A stretch of 64,000 nucleotides of DNA, taken from contig NC_087437.1 in assembly GCF_036321535.1 (NCBI RefSeq), positions 101,062,001 through 101,126,000 on the forward strand. The letters run 5' to 3'. Origin of the DNA: Camelus dromedarius. Its lineage: Eukaryota. The position numbers and the translations under genes are program-made. Of this stretch, positions 1 through 12,720 are shown piece by piece (the first letter of the stretch is position 1; every line of letters starts with the position of its first letter). The notes below the pieces were generated by a model, which did not search any database, was not told the DNA's origin, and worked only from the letters and a program-made list of their open reading frames with translations.

Positions 1-923
1 ATGATACAATCACGTAATTTGATGGAGGAGGGAAAAAAAATGTTCTTTTAAAATTGTTCGCTCTTGTTTCCAACCCCAACCAACTGGGTTACATTTTCAG
101 TGCTTTAAAATGTGATGAATAGGAAATTGAGTCATTTAAACCTATACATCACCCAGGAAATGCACAGAAAGGAATCTGAAAGCTAAGCGACGTTTTTTTT
201 TGTGGGTGATAATAAGCTCAGGATTTCATCAGACTTTTACAACAGCTAATAGAGTGAAGGATGGCATAGCCTCACAATAGGAGAGATAATGTTCCATTCC
301 CACAGGAGTTACATAATACCAATCACAGGAGCACTTCGTCCTTAACAAAAGACCAAATGAGTTCTCTGGGAGTTACTTAAAATATAGCCCAGGACAATAG
401 AGATACTGAATGTGAGTGTGTATTGTTCACAGGAAAGGAGAGGGCAGTGAGAACTGGGCAAAGCAATAGGTGTATCTGAGACAGCCTTGCTGCCGAGATC
501 CCCTGACATCACATTTGTACTTGCAAGTTTTAGCATGGCCTCAGTTCCTTCTCAGTCAATCCCCGTGAGATTTAAAGTTTTCTGAGGCCAAAGAGAAGTG
601 GAGGGATTCATTCTGGTAGTCATTTGTCAAATTCACCTTTATGGTTAGAAAAGGTAACTCGTATTTAGAAAATTAACTAGGCTCTTCACAAAGAAGATCT
701 GAGACTTCTAGTTTCATAAATGATTGCATTGGACACATTCATATGATTCAGTTAAACACTTTAACTTATAGGGCAATGACCACTGAATCCCTATCAGCAT
801 CTCAGTACATAGAATTTAATTGATTTAATGTTTTAGGCAGTTCTCACTAGAAATAAAGAAAAGTTTTCAAACATTAATGATCCAACTAGAATGATTTCAA
901 GAAAAACATCAACTATTAGCCTC

Positions 924-1414
924 TATATTAGTTAGGGTTCTTCAGGAAAAAAACAGGAGAAAGGAGAGAGAGAGAAAGAGACGAGAGATGATAAGGAATT
1001 CACTCGTGATTATGGAGGCCTGCAAGTCCCAAGATCTGCAGTCTGCAAGCTGAAGACCATGAGAGCCAATAGTGTATTTCTGGCCCAAAGGCTGGTGGGA
1101 TTAAGATCTAGGAAAAGATGATGTTTCATTTTGACTCCAAAAGCAGGAAAAAAAAAACAACAGCCCAGCTTAAGGGCAATCAGGAAGGAAGAAATCCCTT
1201 TACTCTGTGGAGGGTCAGTCTTTTTGTTCTGTTAAGCTTTCATAAGATTAGATGATGTCCACCAATATTGGGGAGGGTAATCACTTTACTCAGTCTACGA
1301 ATTCAAATGTTAATCTCATCCAAAAACATCTTCACAGACACACCTAGAGTAATATTTGACCAAATGTCTGGACAGCTTGGGGTCCAATCAAGTTGATACA
1401 AATTAACCATTATA
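924..1414 (-). mobile_element. MLT2-type ERV-L LTR (3' LTR of the ERV-L provirus)
   Basis: + strand begins tatattagttagggttc and ends aaattaaccattata, matching the reverse complement of MLT2 termini (tgtattag.../...aaccatcaca). It abuts a polypurine-tract-like internal end at ~1415-1430. Confidence 0.9.
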
Positions 1415-2023
1415 GCCTAGCCCTTCTCAACATGGTACTCATAAGCATCTCCTTAAACCATACTTAATCTCCAAAGAACAACAATAAGAAGGTCATGATT
1501 CCACCTACCGTGATACAGAGATTTTGCATATAATAAAAAGCTCATTAAATCCTTCCCCAGAAAAGAAAGTAAAGATCTTGAGTTACATTTACTCTTCTTG
1601 ATGCCCTGTAACTTAAACAGTATAGTGTAGAACTGACAATAGTAAACACTACGATATTGAGTCAATACATCCTACATTACATAATAAGATAATAAGAGAG
1701 GTATGAAAACAAAGATATTTTCTACACACACATCCTATAACATATTCATAAAGAGGTCCTTACTTCTGTAACTGGTCATGTGCTCAAAGCTGTATTTATG
1801 ACTAACTTTTTTTATTACCCATTCTGCATTCCCTCTGTTTTCAGTAGGCACCTCAGCTGGTGGTGGGTTTTACCTGGTGGGGTGACACAAACCTCCACTA
1901 GTAGTCCTGCCCATGTTGGATTATAGTTTTCCACTGACCATAATCTAAATCATGGTACCAAGATATGCTTTAAGAAACCTCCTATATTGCAGACATGCTC
2001 TTCCTTGCCTCCACTGTAAGTAA

Positions 2024-2206
2024 GTGTCCAATTTTCCTGTGATAGTGAGGATCAATCGCCCCAGCCAGCCCATGAGCTCCCTTCTTCGCCTGTTGATTTG
2101 GAGGCATAAGGAGCTCAAAGTAGCTGGGCAACAGTCTTCACTTTCAATGTAATGGAAACATTGATGTATCTCCTAGTGAAAGCATTCCTTCTTTTGGAAC
2201 TAAAAC
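2024..2206 (-). pseudogene. ERV-L dUTPase remnant downstream of integrase
   Basis: Minus frame reads VLVPKEGMLSLGDTSMFPLH*K*RLLPSYFELLMPPNQQAKKGAHGLAGAIDPHYHRKIGH. This has a dUTPase motif-3-like G.ID..Y at the position typical of ERV-L, with two in-frame stops. Confidence 0.8.
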
Positions 2207-4106
2207 ATTTAGGGCAGCAGAGCACGAGGTCATGGTAAGGAAGCAAACATTTTGCTAACGTGTATCTCTAGGGCTGTGAATAAGTGGCACCATTCTCATT
2301 TCCGCTTCTTGATTTCTGGGCCCATTAATCCTGCCCCTGGAAGAAATAGCACTGTATACCGGATGCTGATTCAGGACATATGTAGCCTTCTGGAGAACCT
2401 TACCTCAGCCTGGCAAAGTATTGTCACCTACCTGGTGCTGTAACTGAGTTTTCAAAAAGCCATTCTACCATTCTATCATGGAAAACATGGTGATACCAGC
2501 AAAGTTCATGATTAGGAGTTCATTGGCATAATTTTTTTTTTTTTTTGCTATGAAGTGAATTCTTTAATCAGAAGCAATGCTGTGTGAAATATCAGGATGG
2601 CATATAAGGAATATTGAAAGTCCATAGATGACAGTTGGGGCAGAAACATTCTTTTCAGGGAAAGTAAGTTCATATCCAGAATAAGTGTCTATTCTAGGAA
2701 GAGCAGAATATTGCCCATTCCTAGACAGAAGCTGCCAAATGTAATCAACCTGCCACCAGGTAGCTAGCCGACCACCCCAGGGAAAGGTGTCATGTCACGA
2801 GCTCAGTGTGGGTCTCTGCTGCTGGCAGATTCAGCACTCAATGGTGGCTGAATCCAGGATGGTCTCAGTGAGTGGAAGTCCATGTTGCTGAGCACATGCA
2901 TAACCTCCATCCCTGCCACAGTGGCCACCTTGTTGGACAATGACAGGGATGGCTGAGGAAAAACACTGACTGGTGTCCAAAGCATGGGTCATTCTATCCA
3001 CTTGATTATAAAAATGTTCTCTTTGGTGATCATTCACATGGGACAAATATTTTCATATTTTTTCCATTCAGAAAACTCTACTTACATATTTTTCCCTACA
3101 TTTTCTTATCACCAATTTTCCATTTATGTTTATTCCAAAACCCTGACCATCCACCCAAACCAGTGGCCACAGATCATGAATTCGTATACAGTCTCACGAT
3201 TGGCCATTCCTCCTTCCAAGTGAAGTGGACAGCTTGGTATTCAGCTCGAAGTTCTGCCCATTATGAGGATTTCCCCTCACCACTGTCCTTCCTGAACATC
3301 TCAGGAAATGATCTTAGTGCTGAAGCTGTCTACTTTAAGGTGGTGTCTGCCTGTCATGTGGAAACCAGGCCCAGTAGTTCTCTTTCTCTGTCAACAAATA
3401 TTAGGGAATTTTTCATGAGGCCAAAGGTACAGGCTAGGAGAGAGAAAACAGTGTAGCAGGAGTGGGGCCCATGAGCATTTGGGCATTTGGGCCACTTCTT
3501 CATGTAAATTACTTGCGCCTTCAAGGCCAGCTAAAATCTGATCATGTATATACTCACTTCTATTCAAAGATGAAGTGTTGCTCCATGTGCCTAACTTTAT
3601 GACTTGGTGGATCACATTACACTCAGTTCATGATAGGCAGTGATCATGGTAACTTGGTGGCCCAGGGTTAAATGTTCAGTTTCCACAGCCAAGAGCTGTT
3701 TTTCCAAAAAGGTAGTAGTTATTCACAGAGGGTAGCATGGCTTTGCTCAGAAATCTTCATGGCCTGCACTGTGACTCACCTATAGGGGCCTGCAAAAGTC
3801 TCAAAACAGCATCCCTATCTGCCACTGATGCTTCCAGAACCATTGAATCTGCTGGATAATATGGATCAAGCAGAAGAGCAGCTGGCAAGGCAGCCTGGAC
3901 CTGTCGAGGAGCCTTCTATCGATCTTGGCCTCACTCAAAACCAGAAACATTTTAGATAACTCAGTAAATAGGCCAGAGTAACACACCCAAATGAGGAATA
4001 TATTGCCTCCAAAAGCAAGAGAGGTCCACTAAGGGTTGTGCCTGTTTTATGGTCGTAAGAGGGGCCAGAGATAACAACTTATTCTTCACCTCAGAAGGGA
4101 TATTTT

Positions 4107-4608
4107 TGTTACCAAGTTCAAACTGGTTCTGCTCACCACTCAACAGACCAGTAAACTGGGAGACAAGGTGTTGGGGCAAGGAGTAACGACTTTATTCAGA
4201 AAGCCAGCAGGCCAAGAAGATTGCAGACTAATGCCCTGGAGAACCATCTTCCCCAAGTCAGAATTCAGGCTCCTTTTGTACTGAAAAGGGGAAGGGATGT
4301 GGTTGGTTGTTGCAAACTTCTTGGTGTCAGAATCCTTTGTTCTTGCAGCTGTCCACATAGGTCAGGTCATGATGTTCCTGTAAACCTCCGACAAGACAAA
4401 TGTTAGTCTCTGTTCTGCAATTCTTTATCTCTGTATGAACAGAAAAGTATACCCTTAAAGGTTAGAACCTTGAGAATTGGCTATCCTGTATACCTCAGGC
4501 TATAGGAACATTCTTTTACAAAAGGTGCAGAACCAGCATGACTAAGCACAGGGTTAGAGCTAAAGGAACAGATCTAACATGGAGTCAGATTTGTTCTTCC
4601 CTATTACA
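4107..4608 (-). mobile_element. Solo ERV1 LTR (MER41-like, artiodactyl type) inserted in ERV-L pol
   Basis: TG...CA termini and a 4-bp TSD TTTT (4103-4106, 4609-4612). AATAAA on minus at 4191-4196. Minus strand starts tgtaatagggaagaacaaatctgactccatg. ERV-L pol is continuous across the insertion. Confidence 0.85.
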
Positions 4609-7331
4609 TTTTGCCATGCTTCACACCACTGATTTCCTAATAATTTCACTGAAGGAAAATGCTCCTGGATTTTTTGTCCTATTTTTTCCTCACTCTGACA
4701 GGCGAATATTCTACCAATAAGTCTGAAGGAGTTACTACTTCCTGCTCATGAGGTCCAATCTGCATAATGCCATCAATATCATAAACCATTGTGATATCTT
4801 GTGGAAGGGGAAAGAGATCAAGAGCTCCAGGAACTAAATTATGACATAGAGCTGGAGAGTTGATGGATTCTTGAGGTGGGACAGTGAAGATGTATTGCTG
4901 CTTCTGATGATACTATTGACAAGTATGGAGGGGGAAAAAAAAAAAGCCAGGCCAATAGCTGCATCCCAGGAACCGGTGGAGACATTAATTTGCTCAAGCA
5001 GTGAAACCACATCTGGTATAGTAGCTGCAGTTGGAGTCACAACCTGGTTAAAGCTATGATGATCCACTGCTACATTCCAGGATCCATCTGTCTTCTGCAC
5101 AGGCCAAATAAGCAAATTGAATGGGGAAGTGGTAGGAATCACCACCCTGGCATCCTTTACGTCCTTGATGGTGGCACTAATCTCAGCAATCCTGAAAGGA
5201 TTGCTTTTGGCTTATTAGCTTCCTAAATAGAGACAGTTATAGTGGCTTCTACTTGGCCTTTAAGTGGAATAATAGCCCTCAGTTCACAAGTCAGGAGACA
5301 AAGCCAGTTTATGAGTATATCTAATCCAATTGAGCATTTCAGTACCGGAGAAATAACCACAGGAAGGGCTGAGATACACTTGGCTCACGGTGAGACAGAC
5401 CTGAGCTAAAACCCCACTGGTCACCAGACTTCCCTAAGCCCCTACTCTGACTGGTAGACAACAGTGATGTTTTGGGTCTCCTGGTGTTAGTGTCCATTCA
5501 GAGCCAGTGTCCTCCAAAGTCTGATTATTTCCTTTTCCCCAGTGCACACTTACCCTGGCAAAAAAGATGATAGGTCCTTTTGAGGAAGGCTGGGAGAAGG
5601 ATGAATAAGATGTTTTTAGGAGTGTCCTCCTCAAGGGAGCACAGCCTTCTCTTAATCCAGAGAGGTTTCTGGGTCTATAAACTGGCTCAGAAATCTGTTT
5701 TTGATTCAACTGTTTTGACTCTTGTTCGCTTGTTCTAGAACGTTTCTGCCTTTACAGATCAAGTAACATTTTAATAGGCTTCCTATCTATTTCACTTTTA
5801 GGAATAGCACGATCTACTGGCCAACATCATAGGTCTCCATGAGTCAGGTAATCGATGCCTGCTTTCACTCTGGTTCATTTACAGTAACCACACCCACCTT
5901 GCCTTTGCTCACACTTGGTCCCTACCACTCCAGGATCCAATTACTCCTCTTGCTTTCAGTTTCCCCAATTCAGTGACCACAGTGCCCACGTAAGGTCTGT
6001 CCTACAGCAAAGAGTGATCACAGAGTTCACAAGTGTACGCCTCCCTGTTGTGATGAAAGATGAATCTTCTTGACCTTCCCAGTGTGGGTGAGTAGTTTTT
6101 AGACAAATCTACTCTAAAATTTCAATACTCCTAAGCCTTCAAATTCCTTCTTCCACATTAAATCAAGGCAGGTCTGACATTTCTAACTGACTCACTTTGG
6201 GCCACCTGTGGATCTCTGTTTTAGGCAAACAAATTGTGAGAGTCATTTTTAACTCCCCCAGCTGAGCTAGTAAATGTAGACTCTGCTTAGTGAGCCCATA
6301 TCAATAAATTCAGCCTGGCTCAACTTTATATTTTTTCCAACATTCCCCATGCTCTTCTATTCCCAGACTTCAGTCTGCGTAAATTAGAAAAGTCGAGTAG
6401 TTCTTTTAAAGCATGATTGTACCTCCTTATGGGTTATACTTTGTTCTTCATTTTTAGGGGCCTGTTGGAACTTGAGTCTAATTATAGGCTTAGAAACAAA
6501 GAGGGCTGGGCAGGAGGGGGTCTGGGTCCTGAGGAGAACTTGCATTGTTTTGTATGAAAACTGCTTCAGGGGAGACCATCACAGTTTCCTTGGGGAACGC
6601 AGAGTTAATCCTTTCAGACAAGGCAGAGAAGCGCTTTCGCTGAGGCTGTGGAAGCTGCTTCCACTGGGAGTGGGGAGGCCTCTTTCAGGGGCAAAGAAGA
6701 CTCACCAGAATTTAGGGGCTTGATATCCCCAGCTTGATAAGGTCGTCCCACAAATCCCCATTCCAGCTTATAGGATCCCATTCCTGACCAAGTAATGCCC
6801 TCACATTTATACCCTGTGGGGTTGGGAATTTAATTTACCTTGAAATTCATCCACTGGCAGGATGAAATTCTGGGTTAGGTTTTTAACAATCTCAGTCCTG
6901 GAGCTAAAGGAGATGAGAATCTCTTCTGGGGCACAGTAGAAGATTTCAGGTCTTCATGTGGCCCTTGACCTTCAAATTAAACTCCCTTACCTCACCCATT
7001 TCTTTCCCTACTTGCCCAGTGACATTACGAGCTACCAACAAATCTCATGACATTCGTTTGAGAAAAATATTTCAAAGTATAGAGCACACAATTACCCAGC
7101 TCCTTGCTTCTTGTGAAAAGTTGATTAACTCGTGGTGATATTTTGTATTCTTCCATTGCTAAATCATGTTGCAGGCTGGCTATGCAGTTTCTCTTTTACT
7201 ACTGGAAATAAAGTCATTCATATTTTTAAATCTAATAAGACTTTAGAACCAGTTCCAGAAACCCTAGAACCAGTTCAGAAAACTTATCCTTAAAATTCTG
7301 TTCCTCTTGAACCATTCTTGGTACCAAATCC

Positions 7332-7361
7332 TATATTAGAGAAACAGAACTAGCTGGAGAA

Positions 7362-7454
<93 letters not shown>

Positions 7455-7814
7455 TCTATCTCCCCTAAAAAAAGATATATAAAATTGATTCAGATGGTTG
7501 TACAGACAAGTCCCAAGATCAGCAGTCAGCAAGCTGGAGACCCAAGAGAGCCAATGACATAGTTCCAGTCCAAAGGTTGGAGGACCAGGAGACCCAATAG
7601 TGTAGCTCCAATCCAAAGGTTGGTAGGCTTGAAGTTCAGAGCCTTTGTTTCAGTCTGGGTCTGAAGGCATCAATAAACTGATATTCTAGCTCTGAGGCAG
7701 TCAAGTGGGAGGCATTTCCTTTACTCTATGGAAGGTCAGTCTTTTGGTTCCACACAATTCTTTAACTAACCCCACCCATTCTGGGGAGGGTCTATTTTAT
7801 TCAATTTACCAACT
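7332..7814 (-). mobile_element. MLT2-type ERV-L LTR (5' LTR), truncated by an ERV1 insertion
   Basis: Similar to the 924-1414 LTR (caagtcccaagatc..gcaagctg..gagagccaat; ttactct.tgga.ggtcagtctttt). It stops at accaact, where a new TG-starting LTR begins. Confidence 0.85.
7363..7460. repeat. Compound tetranucleotide microsatellite (TCTA)n(TCTG)n(TCTA)n
   Basis: Directly visible; lies inside the ERV-L 5' LTR. Confidence 0.97.
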
Positions 7815-8131
7815 TGTGAAAAGATAAACAGAAACTTCAATTGAATAGAATCAGGAGACCAGAAGGGGGCGCTCTCACATCATGTGACAATTGCCCAGCA
7901 CAGCAAGAAGACTCCTTTCCTGGCAAGGACTCAGCCAATGAATAGCCGTGGACTGTCTGTGTATTACCTCTCTCCTGAGTTTCCTTTTCCTCTCTAGGAA
8001 AGTGTTCTCCTTCTCTTTCCTTGTGGGGACTAGCACGTGGCTCACCATGGTTGTTGACCCTGAATTGCAATTCTCTACTGATCCCAAATAAACCCATCTT
8101 TGCTAGAGAATATCTTGTTTTTAGGTGGATG
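7815..8131 (+). mobile_element. ERV1 (class I) 5' LTR
   Basis: Starts tgtgaaaag, has AATAAA near 8087-8092, and is followed by PBS-like ttttggaggccggtacaggg and a retroviral leader. Confidence 0.75.
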
Positions 8132-11100
8132 TTTTGGAGGCCGGTACAGGGACCAGAAAAGACCCCTCACCGACCTTACCGTTTGAAGGTATGTCTTTCT
8201 CCTGGATCCTAGCTCATGAACTCCTTGTGTTTGAAGCTTTCCAGGCTTTACTGGGGATCCATTTAAGGGTTTTGCTTTTCTGGTTAAGGCCTTGCTCTGT
8301 ATGCGAGTATTCATTTGGCTCTTCAGTCTGATTTTGAGATCACACAGTTTCCCTGAAACTGTCTAGGCTCTGGCCAATTCCCTTTAGAGTGGAGCCTGCT
8401 TCTCCTGAAGTTGTCTAGCCTCCACCTGTTTCTATGTGAACTAATGTTTCTCAGAAATGGTGCCAGGTTTTCAGTCTTTGATCTACTCCTTTGCAAAGCT
8501 ATCTTCTGGAGCCTGGCTTAAAAAAAAAAAAAGAAAAGAAAAGAAAAAAGAAAAAAAAGAAGAAGGCCTTTGGCCTTTCTTCTCTGGGACCAAGCTGTCT
8601 CCTTAGGACTGGCTGGGATTGGCTTGCAAGCTATTTGAATTGAGCCATTTGTGCCTTAAAGTGCTTAATCTGGTCAAAACTTGTTCTTCACTCTAGATGA
8701 AAACCTGTAGAAGATGGAATACTGCTTATCTAGGTATTTTGAGGATGCTCCCCTCACAGAGACTCTGGCTGATTTTATGTTTAAAAATTGAGGTCTTTCC
8801 TCATGCATTTCTAGCTAAAACGAACCGATCTGATGAAAAGCAATTTAGAATATCGATGACCATTATTGGGAACTTGAGAAATCCCCAAACTTAATTTCCT
8901 TAGAACTGAATTGGACCTAATAGCTCAAAACTTTCCAGAAGTGAGTGGAATGCTTATTTCCATTGATATTTTGAGGCTTCCCAACATTATCACGAACCTA
9001 AAATTGCCTTTCTGCAAAATAAGATTGTAAGATTAACTGATACAAAAACACATTTAAGAACAACAAAATGGCTTCTGAAATCTCAGGCTCTTCTTCCCTG
9101 GCTTCTTTGTCTCAGGCTCTGCCTCTGGCGCCATCTTCCTCCTTCCCTTCTACACCACCGACGCCCCCACTGTGCCCTCTGTTATTCCTAATTCTCATAT
9201 ATTACTAATGTCTATCCCCACCAAAAGTAAATTCTTTACTGTAATTGATTCATCCAGTGCATTCTTTAGTATTCCAATTGATGAAGCCAGCCAATACCCT
9301 TTTGCCTTCTTCTGGGAAGAAAATCAATTCACCTAGACGGTAATGCTTCAGGGTTTTACTGAGTCCTTCTTATTCCTCCCAAATCTTGAAGGCTGATCCA
9401 ATTGATAGAAAGTTCCCTAGAGTGTCTGCTCTGATGCAATACGTGGATGATTTACTTCTTCTCTCTCCTTCTCAAACCTCCTCACAGGAAGAGAGCATCC
9501 ACTTGCTAAAGCTTTTAGCCCTTAAAAGGACATAAGATCACCAAAGAAAAGTTGCAATTTGCCCAAATTCAGGTTTGGTATTTAGAGCCTCTGATATCAG
9601 AACAAGGGCTACACTTAGATCCAGAGAGATTTCATGGTGTCCTGAGTTTCCCCAAACCCAAAACTGAGCACCAGCTGTGAGGCTTTCTTGGGCTAGTTGG
9701 TTACTGTCAAAGTTGGATTCCAAACTTCTCTCTTATGTCCAAACTTCTATATGTTTTACTCAACAATAACAACTCCCATCCAACTTTATGGGAAGAACCA
9801 GATGACAGAGTCTTCAAGGCTTTAAAGAAAAGTTTGATGAACCCACTTACCATTGGGTATCCACTTATCAGACTCCTTTTTCCCCTTTTTTGTGTATTAA
9901 AATTAGGGTACTCACACAGAACCATGAGGACCAGCATTGACCTATAGGGTATCCTAGTCAACAACTGGCCCTGTGGCATGGGGATGCTCCTCTTGCCTTA
10001 GACCCATTATATCCACTGCCCTTTTGGTTACAGCTACCAAGAAAATCATTGTGGGATCCCCTTTAACCATTCTTTACCTCATGCAGTAGAAGATTTCCCC
10101 TGAATTCTCATCACACAACATTTCTCAGTCAACCACCTCACCTCACATTAAGTCCTTTCGTTAACTGCCCCTCACATTCTTTTCCATTGTACTAACATTA
10201 ACCCACCAGCTCTCTCCACCCTCTGTCACTGATGAAGTCCTTCATGATTGCTTAAGGCTGATGGATCACCTCCTGATTCCTTGCAGTGATCTCCAGGAAA
10301 TTCTATTGAGTATTGTTAATCCTTCATGGTTCACTGATGTTTTTATTTAAAAGGTGACAGTGGCAAATATCACGCTGAGTGTGCTATTATACCTCCTTTT
10401 TATGTTGTCAAGGTGGTGTCTTTGTTTATGATTACTTCAGCCCAATAGGCTGAATTGTATGTTCTCACACAGGCTTGTGATTTGGCCAAGGACAAAACTG
10501 CCAATGTTTATACTAATATGATTTTGGAGTAGCTCATGATTTGAGAATGTTGGGGGAAGCAACATGGCTAAACCATGTTGCTGATAATTCTGCAAGGAAT
10601 GCTACCCTTAAAGGAGCCAACATCAGCCAAAGCTCTGTCATGGTCTAAAGAGGTATTTCCCTAAATGATAATTTAGAAAAACTGGCTATAGAAGTCCAAG
10701 AACTGGCTTCAGAAAAGGAAAAACAAGATTGGAAAGTCAACAATTTTTAGTTTGATAAAAAGAGGAAGCTCTGGTTTGGACCAAAGAACAACTCAGTCTT
10801 ACCAGAGATTCTAAAATTCCTCACCACTGTATGTCCATTTAACCATTGGTCTACTGGCAAAATGATAACTTCTGCGAATCAATATTGGTGTAAAAACATT
10901 AACAAGGCTGCAAAAAGTGCTCACCTCACTTGCTCCACTTGTCCAAAGTACAACCCAGGGAACCCTGTGTGTACTGCTCCCGGATGTTTTAAACTCTCTA
11001 ATGGACAAATCAAAGCCTGTGAAGTGGATTTCGTACAGTTTCTTTTGTCTAATGGATCTAGACATAGTTTAGTCGTGGTCTGTGTGTTTTCACACCGGAC

Positions 11101-11575
11101 TGAAGCATTTTCTTGCAGATAGGCTACTGCCTCTTCTGCGGCTACAGTCCTTTTGGAAAAGATTATCTCTGCCTGGGGAACTTCTCTTGGACTTTTCGAT
11201 GAAAGCATTTTACTGGCCATGTGCTTCAACAAGTCTGTGCTGTTCAGTCAGTCTTACAACATTTTCACTGTGCTTCCCACCCTCAGTCTTCTGTTTTAGT
11301 TGAATGCGCCAACGGTATTAATAAGATTCGATTGGCAAAATTTGTAGAGGCCCTCTAATATTTTGGCTGAAATTAGACAAAAAGTGCCTGAGATTTCTCC
11401 TGCCTACCCCTCCTTATTACTTGAATATGACCTTAATAGGTTTCTAATATGTGCACTTTTTCTTTGACATGGGCTGTTACACCCAGAAAAGTTCCTTCCT
11501 GACATTGAGGGACAAAAAGCTACTAAAACTAGAAATCCTGACTCTTGATCAGCAGTGCATTCAGAGAAGGATCAC
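8132..11575 (+). mobile_element. ERV1 internal region, decayed and internally deleted (gag MA stub, RT-RNaseH-IN, no env)
   Basis: RT FFTVIDSSSAFFSIPIDEASQYPFAF (~9230-9310) and QYVDDLLL (9437-9460). RNase H WFTD (~10327). Integrase zinc-finger CSTC (10931-10942) and EVDFVQF..LVVVCVFSHRTEAFSCR (11020-11120). Many stops. Confidence 0.9.
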
Positions 11576-11857
11576 CAATAAATGGTTATTAATTTGCTAG
11601 TCTGGTTTACAACAAACCAACATAGAGTGTTTTCTGGTGCAGTTATTAATACTATATTGTTTAACACATTGCAAAAAATCTATTGAATAATCTACTATCT
11701 AGAAAATATATTAAAGGATTGTCATATTAATTGTTATAAAAACAATAAATGTCTATCCTATCTGTGACTAGCATTTATATAACTCATAATCCCAAAATAA
11801 GTATTTTTAACAAGATTTCTGAGTTTTATAGTCTGTCTCTTCCTTATTCTAGATGCC

Positions 11858-12720
11858 AGTTTTATTGTGGTATGATTGACTTCCATTAAACTGCATAAAT
11901 CAAAAATGTATAATTTGACGTTTTGATCTATTGATATACCTGTGAATCCATCATCACAGTCAAAGTAATCAACATATCTATCATTTCAAAAAAGTTTCCT
12001 TAGGTCCGTTCCTAATCATTCCTTACTGCCCAAACTCCCACCACTTTCAGGAAATCGCTCATCTAATTTTGTTCACTATCCATTAGTTGACATTTTGTAA
12101 AATTTTATGTAAGTTCAATCATATATAGCACATATTCTTTTGTCTGCTTTTCACTCTGTATAATTATTGTGAGAGTGAGCCATGTTGTATATTATCAATA
12201 GGTTATTCCATTTGATTGTTGAATATTATTCTGGTGTATGTATACATCAGAATGTGTTTATCCATTGATCTGTTGATGGACATTAGAGTTGTTTACAGTT
12301 TTGATTATTACAAATAAATCTGGTAACAATATCTATTTACAAGTCATTTTATGGACTGGTAATTTTACTTCTCTTGAGTAAATACCTAGCAATGGAAGAG
12401 ATGGCTCATAAGTTTAGATGCACATTTAACTTTTTAAGAAACTGCCACACTATTTCCAAAGTGGCTTTACCATAAACTCAAGGGCAGCATATGAGAGTTC
12501 CAGTTCCTCCACATTCTCACATAACACTTGGTATGATCAGCCTTTTTGTTTTAAGCCATTCTAGTAGGTGTATAACTGTATTTCACAGCAATTTCACTTT
12601 GCATTTTTTATGGCCAATAATGTTCAGTCTTTTTTTTCATAGCCTTATTTATCATCTATACATATTCTCTGGTGAAGTATCTGTTCAAATCTTTTGTCTC
12701 TCTCTCTTTTTTTTTAATTG
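11858..12720 (-). mobile_element. Old L1 (L1MB-like) 3' end
   Basis: Antisense L1 3' UTR and ORF2 C-terminus (ctgttgatggacattagagttgtttacagttttgattattacaaataa; aactttttaagaaactgccacactatttccaaagtggct). Confidence 0.88.

Larger units (their letters stand above)
1415..7331 (-). mobile_element. ERV-L (class III) internal region, decayed gag-pro-pol-dUTPase, no env
   Basis: Minus-strand translations give protease LEDTGSEWTLTPGDP (~5470-5516), RT VIPTTSPFNLLIWPVQKTDGSW..VDHHSFNQVVTP..IPDVVSLLEQIN (4834-5145), and integrase-region HGGRDGGYACAQQHGLPLT (2831-3046). An ERV-L-type PBS region (ggatttggtaccaagaatggttc on minus) lies next to the 5' LTR. Many stops and frameshifts. Confidence 0.93.

Noticed and set aside
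924..7340. Both ERV-L LTRs show TA instead of TG at the same terminus, hinting at gene conversion
   Set aside because: It is a single transition in two otherwise clearly diverged LTRs, so independent mutation is sufficient.
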